This document shows, one piece after another, positions 37,906-48,162 of a stretch of DNA of 64,000 nt (position 1 is the stretch's first letter; each line of letters starts with the position of its first letter). This DNA comes from Acetatifactor sp. (GTDB lineage Bacteria; Bacillota; Clostridia; Lachnospirales; Lachnospiraceae). A program made the translations under genes and the position numbers. The stretch is from positions 6,721 through 70,720 of the forward strand of contig JAZNMF010000013.1 in assembly GCA_045579545.1 (NCBI GenBank). Reading direction: 5' to 3'. The notes below the pieces were generated by a model. It made no database searches and was not told the origin of the DNA. It was given only the letters and a program-made list of their open reading frames with translations.

Positions 37906-38685
37906 TTGCAAGCGAATATTCTGGAATTGAAAAATATCAGTTATGCTTATCATAACTTAAATGGCGAAACACCAGCATTAAAAGATATTTCTTTTGGAAT
38001 CAAAGAAGGGGAATTCGTTGCTATTGTCGGTCCCAGCGGATGCGGCAAATCTACTCTTCTGTCTATCATTGCAGGCCTTATAAAGCCGGAAGGCGGAACA
38101 ATTGCAGTGAATAATCCGGACGGATCTTTGCATTATCCCAAAGTTGGATATATGTTGCAGCATGATCATTTATTTGAATGGCGCACAGTATATAAAAATG
38201 TAATTCTTGGTCTGGAAATCAATCATATGATGACACCGGAAAGGCTTGAATATGTAAATCAACTATTAGAAGACTATGATCTCGAACAATTTAAGGAGAA
38301 ACGCCCCAGTGAGCTTTCCGGTGGCATGAAACAAAGAGCTGCTCTGATCAGAACCCTTGCAATGGGACCGGAACTTTTACTTCTGGATGAACCTTTCAGC
38401 GCTCTTGACTACCAGACCAGACTTATGGTGTCCGCAGACATTTGCCGACTGATTCGCCGTACCGGAAAAACCGTGATCATCATTACACATGACCTTGCAG
38501 AAGCGATCAGTCTTTCAGACAGAATCATTGTGTTAACCAGACGACCTGCCACAGTGAAAGAAGAATTACCCATTAAACTTACACTTCAGGATGATTCTCC
38601 TTTGGCTGCACGCCATGCACCGGAGTTTCAGGGATATTTCAGTCATTTATGGGAGGTGCTTACATGTGAGAATGAAAAGAAATGA
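37906..38685 (+). CDS. ABC transporter ATP-binding protein (NitT/TauT/SsuB-like)
   Basis: GPSGCGKST, LSGGMKQR, LLLDEPFSALD and ITHD motifs. TTG start chosen from the AAAGG RBS. Confidence 0.88.
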   Translation: MQANILELKNISYAYHNLNGETPALKDISFGIKEGEFVAIVGPSGCGKSTLLSIIAGLIKPEGGTIAVNNPDGSLHYPKVGYMLQHDHLFEWRTVYKNVILGLEINHMMTPERLEYVNQLLEDYDLEQFKEKRPSELSGGMKQRAALIRTLAMGPELLLLDEPFSALDYQTRLMVSADICRLIRRTGKTVIIITHDLAEAISLSDRIIVLTRRPATVKEELPIKLTLQDDSPLAARHAPEFQGYFSHLWEVLTCENEKK

Positions 38686-39478
38686 ACTGACAAGACAGGA
38701 AGCATATTTGAGGGAGCACAAAAGACACCACCATTTCGTGACGCTATGTCGATTATCCATATTTATTGGTTTTCTGTTCCTGTGGGAAGTAAGTGCTAAT
38801 ATGGGCTGGATCGACAGTTTCTTTTTTGCAAGTCCCAGTATGGTTATAAACAAATTTATCGGTATGGCTGCAGACAAAAGTCTGTTTATGCACGTCGGAA
38901 TCACATTGTGGGAAACCCTATTCAGCTTTCTGCTTGTGTTCCTGATCAGTATTGCTGTGGCTACAATGTTATGGTACTCAACTAAGCTTTCAGAAATACT
39001 GGAACCGTACCTTGTCATATTGAACAGCCTCCCGAAGTCAGCACTGGCACCACTGTTTATTGTATGGCTCGGTACCGGAACCAAAACGATCATTGTTGCC
39101 GGAATCTCTGTTGCAGTCTTTGGATCCATTATCAGTTTCTATACAGGATTCAAACAGGCAGATCCAGAAAAGATTACCTTGATCTATACACTTGGAGGCA
39201 GCAGGAAAGACGCATTCACAAAGGTGATACTGCCGGGTTCCGTTCCCATCATGTTGAGCACCACAAAAGTCAATATAGGTCTTGCTCTCGTTGGTGTCAT
39301 AATTGGCGAATTTCTCGCTGCCAGAAGAGGTCTTGGATACCTGATTATATACGGCAGTCAAGTGTTCCAGCTTAACCTGGTTATCACAAGTATTATCATC
39401 CTATGTGTCATCGCATTTGGTTTTTACAAAGGTATTCAATACCTTGAGCACTGCATGAAAGTAAAGCTTAAGCTTTAA
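38666..39478 (+). CDS. ABC transporter permease (NitT/TauT/SsuC-like)
   Basis: ILNSLPKSALAPLFIVWLG, ILPGSVP and GVIIGEFL...GLGYLI motifs; start at GTG 38666 or ATG 38672. Confidence 0.88.
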   Translation: MRMKRNELTRQEAYLREHKRHHHFVTLCRLSIFIGFLFLWEVSANMGWIDSFFFASPSMVINKFIGMAADKSLFMHVGITLWETLFSFLLVFLISIAVATMLWYSTKLSEILEPYLVILNSLPKSALAPLFIVWLGTGTKTIIVAGISVAVFGSIISFYTGFKQADPEKITLIYTLGGSRKDAFTKVILPGSVPIMLSTTKVNIGLALVGVIIGEFLAARRGLGYLIIYGSQVFQLNLVITSIIILCVIAFGFYKGIQYLEHCMKVKLKL

Positions 39479-39489
39479 ACGCAAAAGAA

Positions 39490-39513
39490 AATGGCTGACA
39501 TACGCCAGCCATT
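39490..39513. terminator. Terminator between convergent genes
   Basis: AATGGCTG / CAGCCATT stem. Confidence 0.55.
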
Positions 39514-39548
39514 CACTACATAATTCAAATCATTAGATTCTATTAATC

Positions 39549-41138
39549 TTAATCTTCTTTTCTGATCGTAATCTTCTTAATTACAAGGAGTGCAACGAAA
39601 GTCAACAATAATCCCACAGGCAAAGAGATCCATGCAGATCTGGTAAATCCTGCAAGAATATATACAAAGAATGAGATCACCGCAATAAAGATGGCATAAG
39701 GAAGCTGAGTCGATACATGACTTACATGTTCACACTGCGCACCTGCGGAAGCCATGATCGTGGTATCTGAAATAGGGGAACAATGGTCACCACAAACAGC
39801 ACCTGCCATACATGCAGAGATGGAAATGATCATCAGAGAATGATCCCCGGAAAATGCATCAACAACGATCGGAATCAGAATACCGAAGGTACCCCAGCTG
39901 GTTCCGGTTGCAAAGGCAAGACCACATGCCACAAGGAAGATAATAGCAGGAAGCAGGTTCATCAGTCCTTCCGCACAGCCTTTCATCAAGCCTTCTACAT
40001 ATACGCTTGCTCCGAGAGAGTCTGTCATCGCCTTCAGAGTCCATGCAAAGCAAAGAATCAGAATTGCAGGAACCATTGCCTTGAAGCCCTCAGGCAGACA
40101 AGCCATACACTCTTTCAGATTCATCAGTCTTCTGAGCATATAATATACAACTGTGATCATCAAAGCAACAACGCTTCCAAGAACCAGACCAAGAGATGCA
40201 TCACATTCTGAGAATGCAGTAATAAAATCAGTTCCGCTGAAGAAACCACCTGTATATATCATACCGATGATACAGCAGATAATCAGTGTAACAACTGGAA
40301 TGATCAAGTCAATTACTTTACCCTTACCTACGGAGGCATTATGACTCTCTTCCAAAACCTCAGCCTGCATGGCAAGCTTCTCTTTCGCTTTCATGGGGCC
40401 AAAATCGAACTTCATCAATACAATGGCGAACATCATAAAGATAGTCAACAGTGCATAGAAGTTAAAGGGAATCGCCTGCAGGAACAAAGACAGACTGTTC
40501 TCTCCCTCCACAAATCCTGCTACTGCTGCAGCCCAGGAAGAAATGGGCGCAATAATACAGATAGGAGCCGCAGTAGCATCTATCAGATAAGCAAGCTTTT
40601 CTTTTGATATTTTGTGCTTGTCAGCAATGGGCTTCATAACACTGCCAACTGTGAGACAGTTAAAGTAGTCATCCACAAAGATCATAATACCAAGAACAAT
40701 AGTTGCAAGCTGCGCACCGACTCTGGACTTGATCCTCTTGGCTGCCCACTGACCGAATGCTGCAGAGCCACCGGCCTTATTCATCAATGCAACCATAGTG
40801 CCCAGAATCACCAGGAAGATCAGAATACCAACATTCCAGGGATCAGACAATACACTGATCATACCATCTTCGAAAATATGTACCAGCGTCTTCTCAGGGT
40901 TGAAGTCAGCGTAAAAAAGTGCTCCCATCAGAATTCCCAAAAACAGTGAACTGTATACCTCTTTGGTGATCAAGGCAAGTACAATAGCCACTACGGGGGG
41001 AATCAATGACCAGAATGTTGCGTATTTAGACGGCGATACTGCACCTTCCGTAGCTGCATAAACGGTCATGGGAATTGACATAACGATCAGCGCAGCCAAC
41101 ATTAACCATGTTTTAGCGCGTCTGCTTTTGTTTTTCAT
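39549..41138 (-). CDS. Na+/H+ antiporter NhaC family transporter (possibly an amino-acid transporter)
   Basis: FVDDYFNCLTVG, IDATAAPICIIAPISSW, FATGTSWGTFGIL and GDHCSPISDTTIMAS motifs. Confidence 0.88.
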   Translation of the reverse strand: MKNKSRRAKTWLMLAALIVMSIPMTVYAATEGAVSPSKYATFWSLIPPVVAIVLALITKEVYSSLFLGILMGALFYADFNPEKTLVHIFEDGMISVLSDPWNVGILIFLVILGTMVALMNKAGGSAAFGQWAAKRIKSRVGAQLATIVLGIMIFVDDYFNCLTVGSVMKPIADKHKISKEKLAYLIDATAAPICIIAPISSWAAAVAGFVEGENSLSLFLQAIPFNFYALLTIFMMFAIVLMKFDFGPMKAKEKLAMQAEVLEESHNASVGKGKVIDLIIPVVTLIICCIIGMIYTGGFFSGTDFITAFSECDASLGLVLGSVVALMITVVYYMLRRLMNLKECMACLPEGFKAMVPAILILCFAWTLKAMTDSLGASVYVEGLMKGCAEGLMNLLPAIIFLVACGLAFATGTSWGTFGILIPIVVDAFSGDHSLMIISISACMAGAVCGDHCSPISDTTIMASAGAQCEHVSHVSTQLPYAIFIAVISFFVYILAGFTRSAWISLPVGLLLTFVALLVIKKITIRKED

Positions 41139-41245
41139 AAGTCCCTCTCCTTTGTATAAAGATTTTAGTTTATTTTAACGAATAATTAACAAATATGCAA
41201 CAATAAATATGAAAAAAATATAGAAATATGTATATACAGTAAAAA

Positions 41246-41896
41246 TCAATGATTCATTTTGTGAAAGGCATTCATCCATTCTTTCCGGATGATCCAATGT
41301 CCCTTGGCTGTGGGATGTACACCATCAATCAGCCAGTAGGAAGGATCCGCCTTTTCACAGGCCTCATCAAACTTGTCCTGAAGCGGAACAAAGGTAAGAT
41401 GATATTTAGAAGCCACTTTCCGGGCAATTTCTGCTCTCTTACGAACTTCTGTTTTAAAAATTTCCAATCTGTCAGGCTCAGCATCTGTAGGAACTGTCGC
41501 CGTACCCTCCAGTACAAAAGGCTCAAGAATCATAATTTTAATATCAGGCAGTGCCTCCAGGATCTCTTCAATCAGCATGCAGTAAACCTTCTCAAATTTA
41601 TCTGCCGCAACTCCGTTATGCTTTCCACCAAGCTCGTGCCATACGTCATTGACACCGATCAGCAGACTCATATAGTCGGGCTTTAGATTGATAATATCCA
41701 TTTTAATCCTGGCATAGACATCCACGATACGGTTTCCGCTGATGCCACGGTTATAAAAATCATACTTTCCCGGCATTTCATATCCAAGTTCACCCATAAC
41801 CATGGTTGCATAACCGGTACCGGAATAAAAATCCACTTCTCTGTCTCTGTGGCAATCTGTGATTGAATCACCCTGAAATAATACTACCTTTCTCAT
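41246..41896 (-). CDS. SGNH/GDSL hydrolase
   Basis: FQGDSIT, NRGISG, IGVND and DGVHP blocks. Confidence 0.92.
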   Translation of the reverse strand: MRKVVLFQGDSITDCHRDREVDFYSGTGYATMVMGELGYEMPGKYDFYNRGISGNRIVDVYARIKMDIINLKPDYMSLLIGVNDVWHELGGKHNGVAADKFEKVYCMLIEEILEALPDIKIMILEPFVLEGTATVPTDAEPDRLEIFKTEVRKRAEIARKVASKYHLTFVPLQDKFDEACEKADPSYWLIDGVHPTAKGHWIIRKEWMNAFHKMNH

Positions 41897-41931
41897 TAAT
41901 CTACCTCACTTATTTTCAATAATTAATAATA

Positions 41932-41960
41932 CAAAAAGCACCATCCTTAAAGATGATGCC
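41932..41960 (-). terminator. Terminator after tRNA-Thr
   Basis: GCATCATC-TTTAAG-GATGGTGC-TTTTTG on the - strand. Confidence 0.65.
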
Positions 41961-41964
41961 TGTA

Positions 41965-42037
41965 AGCTGAAAATGGGACTCGAACCCACGACCCCTTCAT
42001 TACGAGTGAAGTGCTCTACCGACTGAGCTATTTCAGC
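41965..42037 (-). tRNA. tRNA-Thr(CGT)
   Basis: GCTGAAA acceptor stem, TAGCTCAGTCGGTAGAGC D arm, CTTCA-CT-CGT-AA-TGAAG anticodon arm and GGTTCGAGTCCC T arm; CCA not encoded. Confidence 0.96.
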
Positions 42038-42061
42038 ACTGTGTATATACACGACTCATTT

Positions 42062-42090
42062 ATTATATCTGCTAAAGGGAATTTTTGCAA
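42062..42090 (-). promoter_or_regulatory. Sigma-A promoter of tRNA-Thr
   Basis: TTGCAA-17 nt-TATAAT about 25 nt upstream of the tRNA. Confidence 0.7.
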
Positions 42091-42093
42091 GTC

Positions 42094-44067
42094 CTATTTT
42101 TCTTTTTTATGAGTCCTCAATGCATCATAAACTTTAAGAATTTCACCAACGCTCCAGGCTTGTGCAAAACAACCCTTTGAGGATGTGGGACGATCTCCGT
42201 CATAAATTTCAGGAAGTTGTCCGATACAGCCTTCCCGTAAGGCAGCTTCCAGTACTGATAACTGTTCTGTGACAATATCTATAGCAAGATCAGAATAATC
42301 ATTTACTTTCAAATAAGCCAGATAATAAGCTCCCATGGGGAAGGTCCAAACGGTACCCTGATGATAGGCAAGATCTCTGTCAAGCTGTGCACCGCCGTAA
42401 AACGATCTGAACTGTTTATCATCCGGATCGAGAGTGCGCAGTCCGTAGGGTGTATAGAGCTTGCGGTACACGGTTTCCACCACAAGTTTCTCCTGTTCTC
42501 TGGGGAGCAGCGAAAAAGGTAAGGATACTGCCCAAATCTGATTACAGCGGATCTGTTCGTCTGCCTCTGTACCGGAAATCACATCTTTGAGACATCCGTC
42601 TTCTTCGTTCCAAAAATTCTTTTGAAAGCTTACTTTTACTTTCTCAGTCAGAACATCATAATCATTCTGCTCCTCCCTTTGAAGGATGTGTTGAAATTGA
42701 CTCATGATCATCAAGGCATTGTACCAATAAGCATTGATCTCAACAGGCTTTCCATGTCTTGGGGTCGGTAAAATGTCTTCTACTCTCACATCCATCCAAG
42801 TCACCTGATCATAGCCTTGTCCTGCTGTGATCAAACCGTCTTCATCCATGTGAATGCCAAAATCGGTGCCAATTCGATACCAACTTATAATATCCTGCAT
42901 TATAGGATAGGCTTCTTTCACAAAATCAACCTTGCCGGTTCTCTGATAATACTCATAAACAGCTATCACAAACAAAAGTGCTGCATCAACCGTGTTATAC
43001 CCGGGTGCTTCCTTTCCTTCCGGGAATAAATTGGGCATAAGACCTTTTTCACAGTAAGCCATAAAAGTTCTTAAAATGCTTTCTGCTGTTTCAAATTGAC
43101 CGGTTGACAGGCATAATCCGGTAAGTGCGATCATGGTATCTCTGCCCCAGTCCTCAAAAAAAGGATAACCTGCTAGTATGGTTTTGCCATTCGTAGATGA
43201 ACGGTATGAAATAAACTGATCAGCACTGACTGTCAGTTGAGAAGCAATTTCGTCAGAGAAACCGGCTTTAACCTTTAGCGTATTGCGATAGACAGTAACC
43301 TCATTTATGAAATCAGAAACCGTCACTCTACAATCACCTGAAAGTTTCTCATCCATGCTGTAAATAAGTTCCAGCGTATCTTCTGTTCCTGCAGCCACCT
43401 GATATACAATGCGATGGTTGGCAAGAGTTCTTCCCAAAGACATTTTACCGTCTGCAATATCGTCTTTATAATATAAAGTATCACAGAATCTTGAGTCAAA
43501 AGTTTCTAACGTTCCATTTGTAACATAACAAAGCTTCAGTCCGTTGGATATGATCTCTCGCTCTGTAACGGTAAACGTCTGTTTCTCAGAAAGCCTGACT
43601 CCCTTCGGAACAAACTGCATGTGTGGTATTACCGACAAAGTAACCTCTTTATCAGAACGATTCCTGATCTGATAAGAAATGCCGAGAGTATTCTTTCCCT
43701 GTCTTAAAACAATGCTGCGGATCACACTGACTCCGCCAACATGATACGACCACTCAGGATAATCATCAAAGGAAAAACAATTCAGATAAAGGTATCCCTT
43801 TTCCTGTCTGTCGTGGGGGCAAACATCCTGCGTGGACAAAAACACCTTCTTTTCTCCGAACTGAAGCGTCTCCTCCAACCTGTGGATCATATTATACCTG
43901 TGATTCGGTGAATGCGTACAAGCCATCAATACAGCCTGATCATTGCGGGTGCAGGAACCAACCATACTCAGTGATGAAAAACCGCCTAATCCGTTTGTCA
44001 TCAGATAACAGTTCTCTTCTCCCCGTTCCATTGTCTTAAAATCATTATTACCGTAAATAAATCTCAT
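42094..44067 (-). CDS. Amylo-alpha-1,6-glucosidase (glycogen debranching enzyme)
   Basis: LMTNGLGGF, AGYPFFEDWGRDTMIAL, TWMD, GKPVEINAYWY, YHQGTVW and QAWSVGE motifs. Confidence 0.92.
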   Translation of the reverse strand: MRFIYGNNDFKTMERGEENCYLMTNGLGGFSSLSMVGSCTRNDQAVLMACTHSPNHRYNMIHRLEETLQFGEKKVFLSTQDVCPHDRQEKGYLYLNCFSFDDYPEWSYHVGGVSVIRSIVLRQGKNTLGISYQIRNRSDKEVTLSVIPHMQFVPKGVRLSEKQTFTVTEREIISNGLKLCYVTNGTLETFDSRFCDTLYYKDDIADGKMSLGRTLANHRIVYQVAAGTEDTLELIYSMDEKLSGDCRVTVSDFINEVTVYRNTLKVKAGFSDEIASQLTVSADQFISYRSSTNGKTILAGYPFFEDWGRDTMIALTGLCLSTGQFETAESILRTFMAYCEKGLMPNLFPEGKEAPGYNTVDAALLFVIAVYEYYQRTGKVDFVKEAYPIMQDIISWYRIGTDFGIHMDEDGLITAGQGYDQVTWMDVRVEDILPTPRHGKPVEINAYWYNALMIMSQFQHILQREEQNDYDVLTEKVKVSFQKNFWNEEDGCLKDVISGTEADEQIRCNQIWAVSLPFSLLPREQEKLVVETVYRKLYTPYGLRTLDPDDKQFRSFYGGAQLDRDLAYHQGTVWTFPMGAYYLAYLKVNDYSDLAIDIVTEQLSVLEAALREGCIGQLPEIYDGDRPTSSKGCFAQAWSVGEILKVYDALRTHKKEK

Positions 44068-44069
44068 AA

Positions 44070-45578
44070 TTACTCCAAATTCTCAGTATATTCCGGAAGT
44101 CTTGCACTGATTCTGGTCAGTTCAAAAATTTTCTGAATCAGGTCGCGATTCATCATCACTCTATTCATACGCCATTTCCAGTTATTGCCAAGTGTAGAAG
44201 GATGATTGATTCTGGCTTCTTGACCAAGCCCCAGATAGTCCTGAATCGGAATAATGCAGGTATTTGCGGTGCTCATCATTGCGAGACGCACAAAATCCCA
44301 GTAACGTTCTTCTTCCGGTACGTGGGCATTATTCATATATTCTTCCGTAAAAACACGGCTATCTTTGTCAAGATTCTGATACCACTGTACCAGCGGCTCA
44401 TTGTCATGGGTACCGGTATAGACTACACAATTGCGATCGTAAGTGTGAGGCAGATAATCAGACTTTTCTCTGGGATCAAATCCAAATTCCAAAACCTTCA
44501 TCCCGGGATATCCTGTGTCTTTTAAAAGTTTCTCAACAGACGCAGTCAGAAAACCCAGATCTTCTGCTATGATCTGCTTTTCACCTAACTTATTCTGTAC
44601 TGCACGAAACAGTTCAATACCGGGACCTTTTTCCCAATGGCCGTTCACAGCGGTAGTGTCACCGTAAGGGATACTGAAGTACTCATCAAATCCTCTGAAA
44701 TGGTCGATTCTGACCACATCATACATCTGAAAACAATGTTCCAGCCTCCTGCACCACCAATCAAAACCATTCTGTCTGTGAAGATCCCAACGATATAAGG
44801 GATTCCCCCAAAGCTGGCCATCTTCGGAAAATCCATCCGGAGGACAGCCTGCAACAGCCATCGGCAGCAGATTCTCATCCAACTGAAATAACTCGGGAGA
44901 AGCCCATGCATCAGCAGAATCAAAGGCTACATAAATGGGAATATCACCGATGATCTCAATTCCGTTCTGATTGGCATAAGCTTTTAATCTATTCCACTGT
45001 TTCCTGAAGACATATTGCACATACTTATAAAACTCAATATCAAAGTAGCACTCTCTGCGATAGTAATCAAGGGAATATCCCCATCGTTTCCTGATATCTT
45101 CTGCCCAATCCCTCCAGCACGCACCGCCAAATCTCTTTTTCACTGCCATATACAGAGCATAATCATCAAGCCAGTCAGCATTATCCTGCATAAAAACAAT
45201 GAATTGGGGATCGGATATAATATTGCTTCGCTCATAGGCATGTCTAAGAAGTGCCAGACGATGTTCAGCCAACTTTCCATAATCAATGCAGGAATCATCA
45301 TTACCAAAATCTGCATTGAGGCATTCCTCTTTCGTCAGAACCCCTTCTTCTATCAGTTGCTCCAAGTCAATAAAGTAAGGATTGCCGGCAAAAGAGGAAA
45401 AAGACTGATAGGGAGAATCACCGAAGCCGGTAGGTGAAAGAGGCAGAATCTGCCAATAGCTTTGACCGGCTACCCTCAATTTATCTATCCATTGATATGC
45501 TTCTTTTGAAAAACAGCCAATTCCATAAGGAGATGGCAGGCTTGACACAGGAAGCAAAATACCACTTGCTCGTTTCAT
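44070..45578 (-). CDS. malQ: 4-alpha-glucanotransferase (GH77)
   Basis: WQILPL, SPYQSFSSFAGN, GQLWGNPLY, RIDHFRGF, IAEDLG and YTGTHDN motifs. Confidence 0.96.
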   Translation of the reverse strand: MKRASGILLPVSSLPSPYGIGCFSKEAYQWIDKLRVAGQSYWQILPLSPTGFGDSPYQSFSSFAGNPYFIDLEQLIEEGVLTKEECLNADFGNDDSCIDYGKLAEHRLALLRHAYERSNIISDPQFIVFMQDNADWLDDYALYMAVKKRFGGACWRDWAEDIRKRWGYSLDYYRRECYFDIEFYKYVQYVFRKQWNRLKAYANQNGIEIIGDIPIYVAFDSADAWASPELFQLDENLLPMAVAGCPPDGFSEDGQLWGNPLYRWDLHRQNGFDWWCRRLEHCFQMYDVVRIDHFRGFDEYFSIPYGDTTAVNGHWEKGPGIELFRAVQNKLGEKQIIAEDLGFLTASVEKLLKDTGYPGMKVLEFGFDPREKSDYLPHTYDRNCVVYTGTHDNEPLVQWYQNLDKDSRVFTEEYMNNAHVPEEERYWDFVRLAMMSTANTCIIPIQDYLGLGQEARINHPSTLGNNWKWRMNRVMMNRDLIQKIFELTRISARLPEYTENLE

Positions 45579-45587
45579 TACTTACTC

Positions 45588-46421
45588 CTACTTTTGAATA
45601 TGCACGTCCATCTGAGGATAAGGAATCTGGATACCGGCCTGATCAAGTGCATATTTACAATTCTCAGTAATTCGCCATTTACCTGTCCAGAAATCTTCGT
45701 TGTTAAACCAGCATCTGACACCGAGATTCACCGAAGAATCTGCAAGCTCACTAACAAATACATTCATATCATGATCTTTCAGTACGGACGCATCCTCTGC
45801 AAGAACTTTCATGAGAACCTCTTTGGCAGCTTTAATATCTGCATCATAGGAAATACCTACCACAATATCCACTCTGCGCATTTTTGCTGTAGTGACATTT
45901 ACGATGCTATTGTTGGAAAGGGTACCGTTGGGCAAGATAATGGATTTATTATCACCGGTAACAAGCTTGGTATAAAAAATCTGAATCTCTGAAACAGTCC
46001 CTTCATTCCCCGCCGCGTCAATAATATAATCACCTACTCTGAAAGGATGCAATAAGAGCAAAAGCACACCGCCGGCAAGATTGGACAGACTTCCCTGTAA
46101 TGCAAGACCGACAGCGACACCTGCAGAACCCAACAAAGCTATGATGCTGGCTGCATCCACACCAAAAGAGGTTGCGATCATCATGATTAGAATAATATAT
46201 AATGCTGCTTTCACAAAAGAATCAACAAACTGGACTGCGCCTTTATCTGCATGAGAACGATTCATTGCCTTTCGGATAATCTTTCGGATCAGCTTTATAA
46301 TCTGTACGCCGATTAAAAATGTCAGAAGAGCCAATATAACTCTTACTCCCAAAGCCAGGGCTTTTCCCGGCAACTCCTCCAAAAAATTCTTAATCATTTC
46401 ATTATCTAACAAATTTTTCAT
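45588..46421 (-). CDS. mscS: Small-conductance mechanosensitive channel (MscS family)
   Basis: GVAVGLALQGSLSNLAGG, PFRVGDYI, ILPNG and IPYPQMDVH motifs. Confidence 0.9.
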   Translation of the reverse strand: MKNLLDNEMIKNFLEELPGKALALGVRVILALLTFLIGVQIIKLIRKIIRKAMNRSHADKGAVQFVDSFVKAALYIILIMMIATSFGVDAASIIALLGSAGVAVGLALQGSLSNLAGGVLLLLLHPFRVGDYIIDAAGNEGTVSEIQIFYTKLVTGDNKSIILPNGTLSNNSIVNVTTAKMRRVDIVVGISYDADIKAAKEVLMKVLAEDASVLKDHDMNVFVSELADSSVNLGVRCWFNNEDFWTGKWRITENCKYALDQAGIQIPYPQMDVHIQK

Positions 46422-46440
46422 ATGAACTCCTTTTTAAATA

Positions 46441-47685
46441 CTAGACTTCTTTCAGGCTGTGTAAAAACAGACCGCTTCTGAGCTTCGGCTCAAACCATGT
46501 GGATTTGGGCGGCATCAGTCTATGATCATCCGCCACTGCAAAAAGCTCCTCAATAGATGTGGGATACATGGAAAAGGCAACCTTCATATCAGTATGTACA
46601 CGTCTCTCCAATTCTTTCAAACCTCTGATTCCACCTACAAAATCTATTCTCTTATCGGTTTTGGGATCATTAATTCCAAGAACCGGTCCAAGTAAATGAT
46701 CCTGTAAAAGGGAAACATCAAGACCTGTGACTGCATCACTGCTCAATATCTCATCACGCGCAGTCAATTCATACCATACCCCTTCCAAATACATGCCAAA
46801 AGTCCCCTTGCAGGCAGGTTCATATGGTTCACATCCCATATTTTTTACCATAAATTTTTTACTGATCTCATCAAGAAATTCCTGCACGGAAAGGCCGTTT
46901 AAATCTTTCACAACTCTGTTATAATCCATAATACGCAATTCTTCATCCGGGAAAAGAACGGATAAAAAGTAATTGAAGTCTTCACAACCTGTATAATCAG
47001 GCTTCGCCTCTCTTCGCATGAGACCCACTTTCACTGCAGAGGCACATCTGTGATGTCCGTCAGCAATATAGATGCTTTCAATGCTTTCAAAAGCCTTGCG
47101 AATTGCCTGAACTTTGTCATCTTCCTTTATGACCCATACCACATGACCAATACCATCCTCAGAGACAAAATCATATACGGGCTTATTATTAATTACCTCA
47201 GTCATGATCTGGCGGAGCGTATCATTGGCACGATAAGCCAGAAAAATAGGTCCGCTCTGCATGTCGCAGGTATCTACGTGGCGAATGCGGTCCTGTTCCT
47301 TATCTGCTCTGGTGTTTTCATGCTTCTTGATCACCTGATTCACATAATCATCTATGGATGCACAAGCCACGATACCGGTCTGACTTCGACCGTTCATGAT
47401 CTGTCTGTAAAGATAATAGCAGGGCACATTATCCTGAACAAATAATCCTTCTTCAATCTCCTGCCACATCATCTGTCTGGCTTTTTCATAAACTTCCGGA
47501 GCATACGTATCCGTCTCCGGGCCAAATTGTGTCTCGGCACGATCTATTGCAAGAAAAGATCTTGGGTTCTTCTTAACAACCTCCAGTGCCTCCTGTCTGT
47601 TATATACGTCATAGGGAAGCGCTGCGATATCCGCCTCCATACCTTCTGCCGGTCGAAAAGCTTTAAAAGGAATAATGGTTGCCAT
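46441..47685 (-). CDS. DUF1015 family protein
   Basis: IAALPYDV, IKKHENTR..KE.DR, YIADGHHRCASA and MPPKSTWFEPKLRSGL motifs. Confidence 0.9.
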   Translation of the reverse strand: MATIIPFKAFRPAEGMEADIAALPYDVYNRQEALEVVKKNPRSFLAIDRAETQFGPETDTYAPEVYEKARQMMWQEIEEGLFVQDNVPCYYLYRQIMNGRSQTGIVACASIDDYVNQVIKKHENTRADKEQDRIRHVDTCDMQSGPIFLAYRANDTLRQIMTEVINNKPVYDFVSEDGIGHVVWVIKEDDKVQAIRKAFESIESIYIADGHHRCASAVKVGLMRREAKPDYTGCEDFNYFLSVLFPDEELRIMDYNRVVKDLNGLSVQEFLDEISKKFMVKNMGCEPYEPACKGTFGMYLEGVWYELTARDEILSSDAVTGLDVSLLQDHLLGPVLGINDPKTDKRIDFVGGIRGLKELERRVHTDMKVAFSMYPTSIEELFAVADDHRLMPPKSTWFEPKLRSGLFLHSLKEV

Positions 47686-47812
47686 TGTAAACCTCCTGAA
47701 TATGATAAAAGTGTTACTCTATTTTAGCAAAAATAACTATACATAACAAGTGGAAAGTGATAAAATGTGATTCAGAATCAATGCGTATATTTGAAATGAA
47801 ATAAGGGAAAGG

Positions 47813-48100
47813 ATGATGACAATGACTGACGAAAACAGAGCAATATTAGAAAAAATCAATTCTTATGCCAATAAAGTAATGAGCGATATTGATCCTCAGA
47901 AAGTACCGGTATCCGTACAGCTTAACAACCTCAGACCGGTTATGGAAGAGATTGCTTCCGAGAAAGGAATGAGTCTTGAAGACTTATTTATTCTGTACAT
48001 GGATCTTCAGAGCGAAGCTTCCTGTAACAGTGACGCTAAGTTGCGGGAAGAATTACAGGATCTAAATGACGGTGACGGCATGCCGATCCTTTATCGCTGA
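47813..48100 (+). CDS. Hypothetical acidic protein
   Basis: 95 aa ORF with AAGGG/AAAGGA RBS and its own downstream hairpin. Confidence 0.7.
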   Translation: MMTMTDENRAILEKINSYANKVMSDIDPQKVPVSVQLNNLRPVMEEIASEKGMSLEDLFILYMDLQSEASCNSDAKLREELQDLNDGDGMPILYR

Positions 48101-48115
48101 TTTTTACGTAAAACA

Positions 48116-48144
48116 AGCCCGGGTCACTTAATCGGACCCGGGCT
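48116..48144. terminator. Bidirectional terminator
   Basis: AGCCCGGGTC / GACCCGGGCT. Confidence 0.7.
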
Positions 48145-48162
48145 AATTTATTTCATTTCAAA

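Noticed and set aside
41897-42037. Integrated element at tRNA-Thr(CGT)
   Set aside because: I saw no duplicated tRNA 3' end or integrase; the tRNA is followed directly by its terminator, so the site appears empty.
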